Shown in pieces: positions 62,101-64,000 of a DNA stretch of 64,000 bases (within the stretch, counting starts at the first letter, position 1; every line of letters begins with the position of its first letter). Source of the stretch: Pocillopora damicornis (Eukaryota); NCBI RefSeq assembly GCF_003704095.1, contig NW_020845923.1, positions 124,001 to 188,000 of the forward strand. Reading direction: 5' to 3'. The notes beneath the pieces were generated by a model. The model worked only from the letters and a program-made list of their open reading frames with translations. It was not told the origin of the DNA and searched no databases. The position numbers were made by a program, and so were the translations under genes.

Positions 62101-64000
62101 TAAACAAAATTTGGGTCGGCCATAAAGATTGAATTGAAACACGGGTTTCAACGTGTTTACAAAAGTGACCTCGCAGGATGCAAGGTCAAATGGATCAAAT
62201 TTGCTGTAAAAAATTGTAATCATTCATGCAAGGGAAGGCTCTAGTTCGATTTCATGATGCGGTAAGTTTTTAATAAGTGCTTGGATCTCTTTCTTCCAAT
62301 TCGTATGCAGAAAAAGAAAAAAATTGTTCGACTCGAAGAAAATTGGACTTTGACCTATCGGCTACTTTTCGTTCCATACAGACATAAATAATTTGAGTGA
62401 TTTTTTTTCCGTTGATTCATGGAGACTGCAATGTCAGGTCTAGGCGAAGCAACTTTCCACCTAAACCATAGCTGCTTTCGTTCTTTTTTCAATTTTTTGA
62501 TATTCATTTCATCTGCTTTCTGTCACAACTGTGTCAACACGATTGAAAACTTGTCGACCAATCAGAAAAGGCCCCCCCCCGCCCCCAAGTTCACTTTCAA
62601 CACTTTTAGCAAAGAGGACTTACGCGAGACGCATGCATCTCAGTCACGTTGTGTTATGCTCTTCAAATTAAAAATAGATTTTTTTTTGATGATGATGTTA
62701 AATCGAATGAATTACGTATGAAATGATAAAATTTGCGCCTTACGATGAAGCCATTTTGACCGGAAATTCGAGAAGGCGAATGTAAAAAAACCTCCAAATT
62801 CAACGAGGGAGATTTTCGCGAGGCGATTGTCACGTTTTTTGGTGCGCTTTAAGTAAAAAATGGAGGAACCCAAAGAACACTCTAGATCTAAATTGTTTTT
62901 ATTTTGTTTTTGTTTTTTTGTAATGTTCAATCTGATAAGTTAAGTTAGTAGCAATGATGAATGACGATTTATGATGAAGCCATTTTGATGGGAGAATTCG
63001 AGTAACGAATACGACAAGCATACCGGTTTTTTTGTCAAAGAGGACTCCATGCATATGACAGCTTTTCATTATTATTTGTGTCTACGCGCAATTCTACATA
63101 AGCGGCTGAGGTTATAGAATGACTTACCCCTGAGGGAAAAATTTAACAGCTGAGATCTGGGCTTAAAATCCTACATTACGCCAGCGAAACCACCTCCGGT
63201 GCTCAAAGTGCTTTTGTTTCGCCATCGAAACCACCTCTGGTTTTTAAGTTTGATGAAAATAATTTAAAAAGAATTTGAAGTGTTCAGAAGGAAATCAGAC
63301 CTTTGATTCCCAACAGTGATTTATCGTTATTCGAGCTAGCAATACTATGTGTCAGGCTCATTTGATATAGCTGGAGATACCTTTTTGGGAATTAAACAAA
63401 GACGTTTATTGTATTCGTATCTTTTTAACAAGAAGAACATGGACAATGTAACCATTTGTCTTCTGATTCATTGCTATATTTCCCCATAGCATGACAAGAG
63501 ACACGAAAACTTGGCGGAAAAAATGCAATAGTTTCAAAGGTCATTTCAAAGGAAAACAAAATATTCCAGATCTCTATAAATGGAAACTCCATTACTGTCG
63601 CTCAACCTTTTGGCACTACCAATGAGAGCGCACGTACTGTTTATGTTTCATGGTTGCACTAATAAGCAAAATAACATCAAGTTTTACAGCCAATATAACA
63701 GGAAACAACTTCCTTTTCCTTTTGAATAATTACATAACATTAGCGAATTACATAATCTGCAAATCTTAGCACAAACTCGCTAAAGAGTGCTGATCTTTGT
63801 GCTTAAGAGGTCTTAGTTCCTAGGTCGCGAAAATTACGAGCACGTTTCATGATTCATGTTAGCGGCTTGAGGAAATATGCTTTTACCGAGACGAAGATAC
63901 AATGGAAATTTCAACATTGAAATGCTTAAAATACTACTTAGAAGAGATGTCTTACTGATCACAAACTATTGAGAGAAATGAACGATCCGACTTGATCCCA

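Overview
Intron-rich, AT-rich animal genomic DNA with several N-gaps. The repeat families suggest an anthozoan such as a stony coral, but that is inference. Bases 1-14.5 kb hold the 3' part of USO1/p115 on the + strand: 26 visible exons, one U12-type intron, and one exon probably lost in a gap. Bases 16.4-56 kb hold a minus-strand tandem cluster of at least four related genes built on one exon/phase plan: signal peptide, trefoil (P-type) domain, MuSK/ROR-type Frizzled cysteine-rich domain (CRD), stalk/TM, MuSK-like tyrosine kinase. RTK-A is complete with an intact kinase. RTK-B has canonical catalytic motifs and is present as interleaved duplicated exon blocks whose CRDs differ mostly by non-synonymous changes. 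A third gene has trefoil+CRD but no visible TM or kinase, so it may be a secreted decoy. RTK-C has degenerate catalytic motifs and is a likely pseudokinase. The trefoil-Frizzled-CRD-kinase architecture is not one of the canonical RTK classes and is the main candidate for a novel system. Also present: an intronic tRNA-Arg(TCT) plus a degenerate copy, Penelope-like palindromes with minimal-hammerhead cores, TTAA-type MITEs, an L2/CR1 remnant, SINE-like repeats, and a large fold-back element.
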